Part shown: positions 39,302 through 48,630 of the stretch, in pieces
Layout: the number at the start of each line of letters is the position of its first letter
Numbering within the stretch: the stretch's first letter is position 1
Assembly (NCBI GenBank): GCA_040758235.1
Contig: JBFLVW010000059.1
Span: 81 to 64,080, forward strand
Reading direction: 5' to 3'
From: Candidatus Micrarchaeota archaeon
Lineage (GTDB): Archaea > Micrarchaeota > Micrarchaeia > Anstonellales > Bilamarchaeaceae
Length of the DNA: 64,000 bases
Made by a program: the position numbers and the translations under genes
Notes under the pieces: model-generated
What the model saw: the letters and a program-made list of their open reading frames with translations, nothing else
What the model was told of the DNA's origin: nothing
The model's database searches: none

Positions 39302-39440
39302 CACACTCCCAGGGCTGAAGCCCTGGGCTTCTGGCTGGATGCGGAAGGCTGGAAGCCGTGTGGCACCGGATAGACCAAGGTTTCGGGTGCGCTCCTCCAA
39401 GGTATGAAGACCTAGGCTTTCGCGCACCCTGGGAGTGTGA
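39298..39440 (-). mobile_element. Non-autonomous IS200/IS605-like right end / TnpB omegaRNA-like element
   Basis: Minus strand ends GAAGCCCAGGGCTTCAGCCCTGGGAGTGTGTCAC (subterminal hairpin plus TCAC, typical of IS605 right ends). 13-bp inverted repeat CACACTCCCAGGG at both ends and internal stem GGGTGCGC/GCGCACCC. No tnpA or tnpB nearby. Confidence 0.65.
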
Positions 39441-39471
39441 AGTGCGGCGGACCGGTCCGTGCATCTGCACA

Positions 39472-39497
39472 TTTATAAAATGTTCTATATATAGAAC
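39472..39497. promoter_or_regulatory. Palindromic TATA box followed by a perfect 16-bp palindrome (candidate DtxR-family operator)
   Basis: TTTATAAA at 39472-39479. GTTCTATATATAGAAC at 39482-39497, 11 nt before the regulator ATG. Confidence 0.7.
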
Positions 39498-39508
39498 TTT
39501 TGTTCCTT

Positions 39509-39901
39509 ATGCACGAGAAGACGATTCAGGATTATTGCCGCGCCATCGAGAAGATGGATTCAGGAGACGGCGCCAGGTCGGTGGACATAGCGAAAGCCCT
39601 CGCACTTTCGAAGAATACGGTCGCGCTCACGCTCCGGAAGCTTTCCGAGGGCGGGTTTGTCGAGATGGAGCGCTACGGGAGGGTGAGGCTTGCGGGGAAG
39701 GGCGCCGCGGTCGCCCGCAAGATGAACTTCAAGCACCGGGTCATCGAGGCTTTCCTTGTGGACAAGCTGGGGATGGACAGGAAGAAGGTCCATGCCGAGG
39801 CCTGCGCCATGGAGCACTGGGCGAGCGACGACATGATAGAGAGGCTTTACCGGTTCATCGGCAGGCCGAAAACCGACCCGCACGGGAGAAGGATAGCATG
39901 A
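39509..39901 (+). CDS. DtxR/MntR-family metal-dependent transcription regulator
   Basis: QDYCRAI, HTH SVDIAKAL...TVALTLRKL, KHRVIEAFL, AEACAMEHWAS, PKTDPHG. Confidence 0.93.
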   Translation: MHEKTIQDYCRAIEKMDSGDGARSVDIAKALALSKNTVALTLRKLSEGGFVEMERYGRVRLAGKGAAVARKMNFKHRVIEAFLVDKLGMDRKKVHAEACAMEHWASDDMIERLYRFIGRPKTDPHGRRIA

Positions 39902-40959
39902 TTGACCGGAACCATGCGATTGCCCTGGTCGCGCTGCTGGTCATCGGTGCCGTGATAGTCATCTCCGCTCCGCAGGCGGAGGAGGACGCCGCAGAAAACG
40001 TGACCAACATCTCCTCGCATCTCGGAACGGTCGGGGAGTATCAGACAGATGATTTTGACCCTGAGGCTTACCTGAAGGCGTGGAATTTCAACGACCTTCC
40101 CGAAGCGGAGCGCGCGAAATTCTACCGCGAAACCAGCCTTTCGGACGGCACCATGCTAAGGGAGTACTGGTTCTATGCGGAGGACGGGAAGATAGAGATA
40201 GCCCCCGGCGTGTTCTACGACGCCTGGACATACAACGGGCAGGTCCCCGCGCCCACGATAAGGGCAACCGAGGGAGACACGGTAAGGATTTATTTCACCA
40301 ACAACGGCTCGAAGCCGCACACCATGCACTTCCACGGGTTCCACGAGGCCGCAATGGACGGCTCCATGCCCGACCAGTTCGTGAACCCGGGGGAGAATTT
40401 CACATATGAATTCAAGGCGGAGCCGTTCGGCCTCCACCTCTACCACTGCCATTCCACCCCGCTCAAGGACCATATCTCCCGGGGGCTGTATGGCGTTTAC
40501 ATAGTGGACCCGAAAGGGGGAAGGGAGCCCGCGAACGAGATGATTATGCTTCTGAACGCTTTCGATACCGATTTCGACGGGGAGAACGAGGTGTACGCCG
40601 TCAATACGAGGGCGTTCTACTACAACATGCATCCGATTAAGGTGAAGAAGGGCGAGCTTGTCAGGATATACGCAGTGAACATCGTGGAAAATGACCCGAT
40701 AAATTCGCTGCACACCCATGCGAATTTCTTCTATGAGTACAGGACCGGGACGAGCATGGAGCCTAATGCATTCACGGACATAATAGAGCTCGGCCAGGCT
40801 GAGCGCTCCATCCTGGAGATGCGCTTCAATAACACGGGCCGCTACATGTTCCATGCCCACCAGACGGAGTTCACCGAGCTCGGCTGGATGGGGATGTTCT
40901 ACGTCGAGGACGATGCCGGAGAGCCTCAACCGGCCGGCTCCCACGGGGGGATGGAATGA
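39898..40959 (+). CDS. Two-domain multicopper oxidase, membrane-anchored
   Basis: HTMHFHG, LYHCHSTPLKDHISRGLYG (T1 site in domain 1), LHTHA and MFHAH. ATGA-coupled to the regulator. Confidence 0.92.
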   Translation: MIDRNHAIALVALLVIGAVIVISAPQAEEDAAENVTNISSHLGTVGEYQTDDFDPEAYLKAWNFNDLPEAERAKFYRETSLSDGTMLREYWFYAEDGKIEIAPGVFYDAWTYNGQVPAPTIRATEGDTVRIYFTNNGSKPHTMHFHGFHEAAMDGSMPDQFVNPGENFTYEFKAEPFGLHLYHCHSTPLKDHISRGLYGVYIVDPKGGREPANEMIMLLNAFDTDFDGENEVYAVNTRAFYYNMHPIKVKKGELVRIYAVNIVENDPINSLHTHANFFYEYRTGTSMEPNAFTDIIELGQAERSILEMRFNNTGRYMFHAHQTEFTELGWMGMFYVEDDAGEPQPAGSHGGME

Positions 40960-42125
40960 AGAGCGGCGAAATCATATCAGCCATCCTGCCGGTCGTTTTG
41001 CTTGCCGGCCTCATCTGGGTATTCCTGGCCTACGGGCCTCTCGGACTGCTCAGGACCGGCTTCCCTCCAGTCGAGAGCGTTTCTTTCGAAAGGGTGGTCC
41101 TCGAGCCGGACCTGATAAGAATCGAGATAATCAACGACGGCCCCGACCCGGTCACGGTATCCCAGGTCATGGTGAACGATGCCTACAACACTTTCGAGAT
41201 TGACAGGCGGACGCTTGCCCACCTCGAGAAGGCCGGGATTAGGATAGAATATCCCTGGGCCGAGGGCCTGCCGCTGACGGTCACGCTAATAACCGAAGAC
41301 GGGCTCAGGTTCGAGAAGGAGATTCCGGTCGCGACCGAGACTCCGCGCTTCGGGATGCAGCAGGCGTCCACTTTCGCCCTCCTCGGGCTCTACGTGGGCG
41401 TCATGCCGGTCTTCCTCGGCCTGCTCTGGCTCCCGTTCCTGAGAACGCTGAGCCGGCGCTGGTATGATTTCTTCCTTTCCCTGACCGTGGGGCTCCTCCT
41501 GTTCCTTGCAGTCGACACGTTTGAAGGGGCATTCGAGCTTGCAGGCGAGGTCGCAGCCTCATTCCAGGGCGTTGTGCTCGTTCCGATTGGATTTTTCATC
41601 GCCCTTCTTTCCCTTATGGCATTCGGGGAGAAGGGGCCGATAGACGTCACCAAAAAAGGGGTGACGGAGCATGCGCTCAGGCTCTCCTACATGATAGCCC
41701 TCGGCATCGGCATCCACAACCTCGGAGAAGGGCTTGCGATAGGCAGCGCCTACGCAGTGGGCGAGATAGCGCTCGGCTCGCTCCTCGTGATAGGGTTCAT
41801 GATGCACAACCTCACCGAGGGCATCGCCATCATCGCCCCGATTGCGAAGCACCGCTGGCAGGACGAGATAAGGCACCTGCTCATGCTGGGCCTGATAGCA
41901 GGCGCTCCGACCATAGCCGGTGCGTGGATTGGCGGGTTCGCCTTCTCGAACCTGTGGTCCCTCGTATTCCTTTCTCTGGGAGCGGGGGCCATAGTGTACG
42001 TGGTGATAGAGATAACGAAGCACATGAAAAAAGAGGGCGAGGGGACGATATTCACATTCACAAACGTCCTTGGATTCCTTGCGGGGATGATGATAATGTA
42101 CGTAACGGGGCTGTTCGTTTTTTGA
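40956..42125 (+). CDS. ZIP-family metal transporter with N-terminal extracellular domain
   Basis: GIHNLGEGLAIG and MHNLTEGIAI ZIP motifs. Confidence 0.92.
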   Translation: MKSGEIISAILPVVLLAGLIWVFLAYGPLGLLRTGFPPVESVSFERVVLEPDLIRIEIINDGPDPVTVSQVMVNDAYNTFEIDRRTLAHLEKAGIRIEYPWAEGLPLTVTLITEDGLRFEKEIPVATETPRFGMQQASTFALLGLYVGVMPVFLGLLWLPFLRTLSRRWYDFFLSLTVGLLLFLAVDTFEGAFELAGEVAASFQGVVLVPIGFFIALLSLMAFGEKGPIDVTKKGVTEHALRLSYMIALGIGIHNLGEGLAIGSAYAVGEIALGSLLVIGFMMHNLTEGIAIIAPIAKHRWQDEIRHLLMLGLIAGAPTIAGAWIGGFAFSNLWSLVFLSLGAGAIVYVVIEITKHMKKEGEGTIFTFTNVLGFLAGMMIMYVTGLFVF

Positions 42126-42135
42126 GGTTCGACCC

Positions 42136-42495
42136 ATGAAGCTCGCGGCGATTCTCCTGATGGTGGCGCTGGCTGCAGGATGCACCGGACAGGCAACCCA
42201 AGGCAACGCTGTAGAGATAACTTCGTCCGGATTCAACCCGAAGATTCTCAAGATAAATGCGGGCGAAGCCGTAACTTTCACCAATAAGGACACCAAAACG
42301 CACTGGCCGGCTTCTGCGGTGCACCCGACGCATTCCGAATATCCTGAGGGCGGCGGCTGCATAGGAAGCGCCTTCGACGCATGCGGCCCGCTGAAGACAG
42401 GAGAAAGCTATTCCTTCACGTTCAACGAAAGGGGCGAGTGGCATTACCACGACCACCTCAATTCGGGGCTTACGGGAACCATCATAGTCGAGTGA
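42136..42495 (+). CDS. Cupredoxin-fold lipoprotein
   Basis: Lipobox LAAGC, FNPKILKINAGEAVTFTN, SFTF...GEWHYHDHL...GTIIVE. Confidence 0.85.
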   Translation: MKLAAILLMVALAAGCTGQATQGNAVEITSSGFNPKILKINAGEAVTFTNKDTKTHWPASAVHPTHSEYPEGGGCIGSAFDACGPLKTGESYSFTFNERGEWHYHDHLNSGLTGTIIVE

Positions 42496-42499
42496 AAAA

Positions 42500-43765
42500 A
42501 TGCTCAAGGGACTCAGCGAAGCCATAGATGCAGCGAGGCACATCGCGGACAGGAGATTCTGGGCCTTTTTCGGGACCGGCCTCATAGTCAGCGTAGCTTA
42601 CATGGACCCGGGAAACTGGGGGACGTCCATCAGCAGCGGCGCGTCGTTCAATTACGATTTGCTGTGGGTCGTATGGCTCTCGAGCGCCATGGCCATGCTG
42701 TTCCAGTATCTCTCCGGAAAGATGGGAATAGCCGGCCATACGGTTGCGGGCGCGGTCCGCTCGGCATGGAAAAGCAAGGCGACCGTGTTTCTGTACTGGC
42801 TGCTTGCCGAGATAGCGATACTCGCGACCGACCTCGCCGAGTTCCTCGGAATCGTTGTGGCCCTGAACCTGCTTTTCGGAATCCCGATGCTTTTTGGGAC
42901 CTTCCTCGCAATCGGGGATGTCCTCCTGCTGCTCTTCCTGACAAACAGGAAGTTCAGGACGCTGGAATACGCGTTCATTCTTTTCGTGTCGGTAATCGGC
43001 ATAGGATACGTCTATGAGCTGTTCATAACGCGCCCGGATGTGGGCCTTCTTGCGGCAGGCTCGGTAACGCCCAAACTCAGCGTCGAGACAGTGCTTTTGG
43101 CCGTCGGCATAATAGGAGCGACGGTCATGCCCCACGCGCTCTTCGTGCATTCCTGGCTCATGAAGAACAAGATGGATGAGAACGGCAGGAGCGTGGATAG
43201 GAAAACGGCCCTCAAATACCACATCGCAGACAACATCATGTCGCTTTCTGTCGCGGGCATTATCAACGCCGCGATATTGATTATGGCGGCCGCGGCGTTT
43301 TACAATTCCGGGTTCGATGTCGCGACGATAGACGAGGCGTACCGCACGCTCACGCCGCTTTTCGGGCCTCTCGCGTCCACCGTCTTCGCGGTTGCGCTTC
43401 TTTCCGCAGGGATATCATCGTCCATCACAGGCACGCTCGCAGGGCAGAGCATAATGGAGAGCCTCACGGATTTCAGGCTCAGCCCCGCCATGCGGAGAGT
43501 GATAACGAGGGGGATAAACGTGATACCGCTGCTCATCGCAATCCTCCTCGGCATCGAGCCCCTCCAGATACTTGTGTACAGCCAGGTCGCGCTCAGCATG
43601 CTCATCCCCCTGCCGCTCGTTCCTCTGATATGGTTCAGCTCGGACCGGAAGCTCATGGGGGAGCTCGCGAACAGGAAAATAACGACGCTCGTCGCGTGCG
43701 TGTTCGCCCTGGTCATCCTCGCATTCAACGCTTACCTTCTATACTCGGCCTTTTTCGGCGGCTGA
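42500..43765 (+). CDS. mntH: Nramp-family divalent metal (Mn2+/Fe2+) transporter
   Basis: AYMDPGNW, IIGATVMPHALFVHS, GTLAGQ. Confidence 0.95.
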   Translation: MLKGLSEAIDAARHIADRRFWAFFGTGLIVSVAYMDPGNWGTSISSGASFNYDLLWVVWLSSAMAMLFQYLSGKMGIAGHTVAGAVRSAWKSKATVFLYWLLAEIAILATDLAEFLGIVVALNLLFGIPMLFGTFLAIGDVLLLLFLTNRKFRTLEYAFILFVSVIGIGYVYELFITRPDVGLLAAGSVTPKLSVETVLLAVGIIGATVMPHALFVHSWLMKNKMDENGRSVDRKTALKYHIADNIMSLSVAGIINAAILIMAAAAFYNSGFDVATIDEAYRTLTPLFGPLASTVFAVALLSAGISSSITGTLAGQSIMESLTDFRLSPAMRRVITRGINVIPLLIAILLGIEPLQILVYSQVALSMLIPLPLVPLIWFSSDRKLMGELANRKITTLVACVFALVILAFNAYLLYSAFFGG

Positions 43766-44272
43766 GCCGGCCGGCCCCTCGATTGCACGCGCCTTTTCGA
43801 GCAAAAACGGGATGCATTCCTCCATTTTCCCCGGCTTCGCGTTCCATTCCTTCACTATTTTCTTGTATTCGTCGAGTTCGCGGACAAGGGGATTTTTGGG
43901 TATGTCAGGGCCTTTAAGCCTGAAAATGAGCTGGGAGGGCAGGGGGCAGAATCGGGTGTTCAGCCGCTCGCTCAGCTGGTAGGGGTATCTCCTGCATGAG
44001 AGGGGGGCATGCTCATGGATTGTGCATAGGTTGTCCTTTCCCAAAAATATGCAGGGGTGGGATTTGAACCCGAGAAGGTAGACCCAGCCGTCATCTTTTA
44101 TGTCGAGCGTGGTGTCCGGATCGTATGAGAGGAGGCGGGCCTGGTGGAGCTGTGCGAAATCCGAGAAGTGGCGCCCAGTCGCCCGCGAGGCGCGCAGGAT
44201 GTCGAAGGCCGTGACCGTGATGATGTAGCTCTTGCAGCAGTGCGCCGGGCAGAGCGAGCATGGGTTTACCAT
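43739..44272 (-). CDS. YkgJ/CxxCxxCC zinc- or iron-chelating domain protein
   Basis: CSLCPAHCC, CIFL...CTIHEHAPLSCRRYP. Confidence 0.88.
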   Translation of the reverse strand: MVNPCSLCPAHCCKSYIITVTAFDILRASRATGRHFSDFAQLHQARLLSYDPDTTLDIKDDGWVYLLGFKSHPCIFLGKDNLCTIHEHAPLSCRRYPYQLSERLNTRFCPLPSQLIFRLKGPDIPKNPLVRELDEYKKIVKEWNAKPGKMEECIPFLLEKARAIEGPAGSAAEKGRV

Positions 44273-44303
44273 CGGTATATTCTACCAGCTCCCGGATAAA
44301 AAA

Positions 44304-44852
44304 TCACGCGGTCGCGCCGTTCGCCCTCAGGCCGCGCGCGACACGCACGAGAAGCTTTTTCCTTCCGGGCTCCTCGCACAGCTCGGATGCGTCTTCGAAG
44401 GCCTGCGAAAGGGCGGCCTTGAGGGATGCATCTGGGTATTTCCGGTCCAAATCAGAGAGAATCCTGTTCGGCGTCGCTGCGGAATCATTAGCCGTCGCAT
44501 AGTCCATTGCGATGCCCTCGGCGCAGCTCTTGAAGCTCAGGATAGACTGGACCTCAGGCGCAACAGGCACTCTTGCCGACAAGGCTGAAAGGAGCATGTT
44601 CTTCCTGACCGGGTCGGCATTCTCGCCCACTCCGCGCGCGAACTCCAGTTGCTGCGCCGTGCTCCACATCGAAAATGAGGAAACGGCCGAGGAGACCTCC
44701 AGAGCCCCGGCCGAAAACCTTTGCGCCATCGCCGAAGGGGTGGATGCGTGCGAGCCGGGGTCGAGGGCGAGGGCCATCGCGCTCCATTTGTCTGGCTTCC
44801 TGCCTTCCCTCTGCGCTTCTCCATTAATGGGTTTCACTGAGTGTCTGGACAT
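44304..44852 (-). CDS. Hypothetical protein
   Basis: ORF in the minus-strand run with a TTTAAA promoter-like motif upstream. No known motif. Confidence 0.55.
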   Translation of the reverse strand: MSRHSVKPINGEAQREGRKPDKWSAMALALDPGSHASTPSAMAQRFSAGALEVSSAVSSFSMWSTAQQLEFARGVGENADPVRKNMLLSALSARVPVAPEVQSILSFKSCAEGIAMDYATANDSAATPNRILSDLDRKYPDASLKAALSQAFEDASELCEEPGRKKLLVRVARGLRANGATA

Positions 44853-44907
44853 GGAAGAATTGTGTTAATTAGTGTTTAAAAACGTATCGTATTCCGCCGG
44901 CGCGCGT

Positions 44908-45282
44908 TCAGGCGGTCTTTCTCAAGGAATCGAAGAGCGGCTCCCGGAACCCCAGGCGCGCTTCCCTCAGGTTGCCGAGCGCGTCGGTGAGCTCCTCGAC
45001 GAGGGGATTTTTCCTTTGCCCGGAAATATACAATGAGATTGCTTCCCGGAGCTCCGTTTCCTCCATCGCCGGGCGGCCATCCCTTGCGCGGCGGTCGTTG
45101 ACGATGGACAACACGTCCCTGATGGTCCTGCGGGGGCTTCCCCACGGGACGCCGGTGTCATGATTGGATGCCCGTATCGTCTGAATCAGCCTGAGCCTCT
45201 CCTCGTGGCCGATGTCGTTCGCAGTCAGCCTGAGCAGCATCAGGTTGGATACCCGCGTGTAATCGTTCGCGCGATATTTCAT
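44908..45282 (-). CDS. Hypothetical protein (Arg-rich, Lys-poor)
   Basis: ATGA overlap with the glycosyltransferase stop. Confidence 0.6.
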   Translation of the reverse strand: MKYRANDYTRVSNLMLLRLTANDIGHEERLRLIQTIRASNHDTGVPWGSPRRTIRDVLSIVNDRRARDGRPAMEETELREAISLYISGQRKNPLVEELTDALGNLREARLGFREPLFDSLRKTA

Positions 45283-46697
45283 CTCCTCATCCCCTCCTCC
45301 ACTATCCTTTCGAACTGGCGGAACATGCTTGCGGCCGTGTAGGAGCCGAAGTATTCCCGCAGCCCACCCCTGTCGTACTCCTTGGGCTTTTCTGCAGCCC
45401 TTATCGCACCTATAAGCCTGTCTACGAAAGTCTTTTTATCGCTATCCAGGGGCACCAGTTTCCCCAGGCGCTCGTCCACGACTATTTCCGGGATTCCGCC
45501 CACAGGCGTGGATATCACGTACGCCCCCCCGAACACCGCTTCCAGGACGGCCAGGCCGAAGGCCTCGCTCCGGGAGGGGTGGAGATAAACATCCGATATC
45601 GTCTGCACGGGGATGTTCGTCATCCCGGCATACATCTGCGCGAACAGGGGGTCTGTAAGCGCCTCCGTGAGGCCGCGGGGGTTCGCGAACCCGCCGAGTA
45701 TCTCTGCGACATCGTCCCTGAACCGTGGGTCGCCGCGGGTGAATTTGGAGATGTCAAGCACGACTTTCAGCCTGTTTTCCCTGATGAGCCTGTTCATCCT
45801 CATGAGGCCCTTGAAAGGCTTCGAGGACTGTGCGATGTTGAGGACGTGGGACGTCGCTATAACGAAGCCTGTCGCCGAGTCCTTCGGGTCGGAGCTCGCC
45901 TCGTAGTGCTCGAGAACCTTTATCAGATAGTCGCTTCCCTTGAGCCTGTCCATCCTTCCGACGAACGATATGACGCGCTCGAGGCCCTCCGCGAGGCCGA
46001 GCTCCTTGCGGGCCTCAGCAAGCTCCTTCTCGTCCCGGACGACGTATATGTGGGGATTGATGCCGTTGCGCACCACGAATGCCTTGCCAGGGTCAAGCGA
46101 CGCTTCGCCCTCCCCGTCCCTCACCCTGACTTTCACGAAGTTGTCCCTGACGGCCTGGCTTACGCCGATTACCGCGTCCGAAGCCTTGACCATGTCGAGG
46201 TGGTATTTGTGGAACATGGGGTCGTCCGGGCGGTGGTAGAGGCTGTCCGGGTTGGTGTGAAGGTAGAAGAATATGCCTGAGTGGTTCAGCAGGCCGGTCC
46301 TCTCCAGCGCCTGCCTGAGCGAGCGGGCGTATTCGCAGTCCGAGCTGACGGGGAAGTGGAAGACGAGGGCGCTCCTGAATCCCTCGTCGGCGAGGGCCTT
46401 CACGTGGGATGCCATATCATCGGCCATGTCATGCCCGTAGCCCACCCTTACCTCGGCGTTGAAACGCTCGCGGGCGAGCTTTTTGGCCGACGAGCCGATG
46501 AGCCCTTCCGTCATCGGGCCGCGGATGTCGCGCAGATAAATGAAGTTTTTGGTGTCCGACCTGCTCGCCGAAGAAGTAAGGTCCCCCATGACGAAGGTCT
46601 GCCCGAAGAACTGGGGGCTGACGGGAAACGGGAAGCGGCTGCCGAAGTGGAGATATGCCGTTCTCTGGCCGCCATTCTGGGAGCTGGTCGCCTGCAT
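45279..46697 (-). CDS. GT4-family (GT-B) glycosyltransferase
   Basis: VRNGI, FVGRMDRLKG, HPSRSEAFGLAVLEA (EX7E), VGGIPEIV. Confidence 0.88.
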   Translation of the reverse strand: MQATSSQNGGQRTAYLHFGSRFPFPVSPQFFGQTFVMGDLTSSASRSDTKNFIYLRDIRGPMTEGLIGSSAKKLARERFNAEVRVGYGHDMADDMASHVKALADEGFRSALVFHFPVSSDCEYARSLRQALERTGLLNHSGIFFYLHTNPDSLYHRPDDPMFHKYHLDMVKASDAVIGVSQAVRDNFVKVRVRDGEGEASLDPGKAFVVRNGINPHIYVVRDEKELAEARKELGLAEGLERVISFVGRMDRLKGSDYLIKVLEHYEASSDPKDSATGFVIATSHVLNIAQSSKPFKGLMRMNRLIRENRLKVVLDISKFTRGDPRFRDDVAEILGGFANPRGLTEALTDPLFAQMYAGMTNIPVQTISDVYLHPSRSEAFGLAVLEAVFGGAYVISTPVGGIPEIVVDERLGKLVPLDSDKKTFVDRLIGAIRAAEKPKEYDRGGLREYFGSYTAASMFRQFERIVEEGMRR

Positions 46698-46850
46698 GAT
46701 TCTATTGCGCGTCGAACATTTATATATCTTACACTTTTTTCCATAAATAGTAATTATAACAGGAAACGGCGCCATTTCAGGGATTTTTCGAAAAATTGTT
46801 ACGGAAAATGCCCTGCCGGCACTTCAAAGTGCGCCAAAAACTGTGCTTTC

Positions 46851-48629
46851 TCATTTTTTGCGGCCTTTAAGAAGCGCGGCGACCTCGGCCGCATCGACCT
46901 GCAGGCGGTATTTCTGCATGACCGCCTTCATGTCGTATCCGCTCTCCGCGACGAGCTTCCCGAGGGCGGGGCCGGTGATTTTCTGGAGGCGGAACACCTT
47001 GAGGACGGCATCCGCCCGCGCGCCCTTGGCCATCCCTTTCAGGACTTCCGGGATTGCCGCCTTCACGAAAGAGCCTCTTTTGTACTCGTCGAAGAGTTCC
47101 GTCAGGGCCTTGTCGAGGTCGGAGAACTGGACGCCTTCCCTCCTGAGCGCGACCACAGTGTCCTCTATTGTCGCCGCCGCGAGCATGGGTTCGGTGCCCT
47201 TCTCAACGAGCCTCTCGAAGAGGTGGAGGTGCCTGGATTTGAGCATGCGGCCCGCCATCTCCTTGTTCAGGAGCTTCTCGAGGCGGGCCTTGCGGTCCTC
47301 AAGCGATTCGGTCCGCTCGACCCGCTCCAGCATCTCCTGCGTTATCAGGATGGGCGGGACGTCGGTCTCTGGATAAAGCCGCGCCCGGCCCGGGAGTGGG
47401 CGCATGTATGTCGACGTGCCGTCCGGGTTCGCCCGCCGCGTCTCCGCCGGGACGAAGTCCATGTTGGCCCGCTCGAGGACGAAGCCGAGCGCCTTCTCCG
47501 CCTGCTCCTTGGGGGCGACGACGAGCACGAAGGCGTCGTCCGGCCCGAGCGAGAGGAGCTCGCGCACCTTTCCCTCCTCCTGGGGGGAGATGGAGTACTT
47601 CTCCATGCTCTCGTCGCTGTGTATTATTCCCTTGACGCCGGCCCTTTTCGCGTAGTCCGAAAGCTCGGTCCCGTAGCGGCGGCCGGGCTGAATCTCCCTT
47701 CCGAGAATGTCCTTGTGGCCGGCAAGCCTCAGGCCCATCACGGCCGAGCCTGCCTTCAGCCCCGCGTCTATCAGCTTCGAGCCGGTGACCGGGCTGAACA
47801 CGCCGCTGACATCGGCCATGTGCTTTTTCGCCGGGAGCGCCTTCCTCGAGCGCAGCTCGGCGAGTATTCCGACTAGCGCGGTCTGGCGCTTCTCCTCGTT
47901 CGCAACGATTTCGGCGAGCATCTTCAGGTCCTGCGCGCCCTTTATCTCCACGCGGGCGCCGCCCTCTGTCGAGACGTTCACGTCCTGCCGTATCGTCCCG
48001 AGGCCCCTTGCGACTTTTCCGGTCGAGCGGAGGAGCATCCCTATCTTCTCTGCGACTTCGGCAAGGTGCGCCCCGTCCTTGATGTCCGGACTTGTCGAGA
48101 TTTCTATCAGCGGTATCCCCAGCCTGTCGAGGCGGAAGGAGGATTTCCCCCCGTCCTGGACGATTCCAGCGCTTTCCTCCTCTATCGCGATGAGGGGGAT
48201 TCCGACCGTCCCGCGCGAGGTGTCGAGGTGGCCGCCCATCGCTATGACCGCCGTCCGCTGGAAGCCGGAGGTGTTGCTCCCGTCAATGACCATCTTCCTC
48301 ATCACCTGGACCTCGCCGACGGGCTTCGCGTTCAATGCCAGGGCTATCTGGAGGCCTATCCCGAGGGCATCGCTGTTCATCGTCCCGGGGGGCTCCTCGT
48401 CCAGCTCCACGAGGCAGTTGTTGGAGCGGAAAACGTGGTACTCGAATGCGCGCCCTTTCGCGAACTCCGCCTGCGACGCGGCGTCCACCTCCCCGAGCTC
48501 GCTGAAGACCGGGTGCAGGCGCCGGACGACCTTCATGCATGGGGCCTCGGATTCGTCGACCCGGGAGCTGCACGCGCAGAAGAGCTTTTCCGTATCCAGA
48601 CGCTGGTGGACCTCTATGCCTGCCTTCAT
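46851..48629 (-). CDS. gatE: Glu-tRNA(Gln) amidotransferase subunit E
   Basis: GIEVHQRL, RKMVIDGSNTSGFQRT, LDRLGIPLIEI, RGLGTIRQDVNVS, RLYPETD. Confidence 0.97.
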   Translation of the reverse strand: MKAGIEVHQRLDTEKLFCACSSRVDESEAPCMKVVRRLHPVFSELGEVDAASQAEFAKGRAFEYHVFRSNNCLVELDEEPPGTMNSDALGIGLQIALALNAKPVGEVQVMRKMVIDGSNTSGFQRTAVIAMGGHLDTSRGTVGIPLIAIEEESAGIVQDGGKSSFRLDRLGIPLIEISTSPDIKDGAHLAEVAEKIGMLLRSTGKVARGLGTIRQDVNVSTEGGARVEIKGAQDLKMLAEIVANEEKRQTALVGILAELRSRKALPAKKHMADVSGVFSPVTGSKLIDAGLKAGSAVMGLRLAGHKDILGREIQPGRRYGTELSDYAKRAGVKGIIHSDESMEKYSISPQEEGKVRELLSLGPDDAFVLVVAPKEQAEKALGFVLERANMDFVPAETRRANPDGTSTYMRPLPGRARLYPETDVPPILITQEMLERVERTESLEDRKARLEKLLNKEMAGRMLKSRHLHLFERLVEKGTEPMLAAATIEDTVVALRREGVQFSDLDKALTELFDEYKRGSFVKAAIPEVLKGMAKGARADAVLKVFRLQKITGPALGKLVAESGYDMKAVMQKYRLQVDAAEVAALLKGRKK

Positions 48630-48630
48630 G

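Noticed and set aside
39358..39897. N-terminal extension of the 533-aa MCO ORF
   Set aside because: It overlaps the DtxR gene in another frame. The real start is ATG 39898, followed by a signal anchor.
46770..46840. Short palindromes (ATTTTTCGAAAAAT, GCACTTCAAAGTGC) upstream of the glycosyltransferase
   Set aside because: Single occurrences with no adjacent regulator, insufficient to assign a function.
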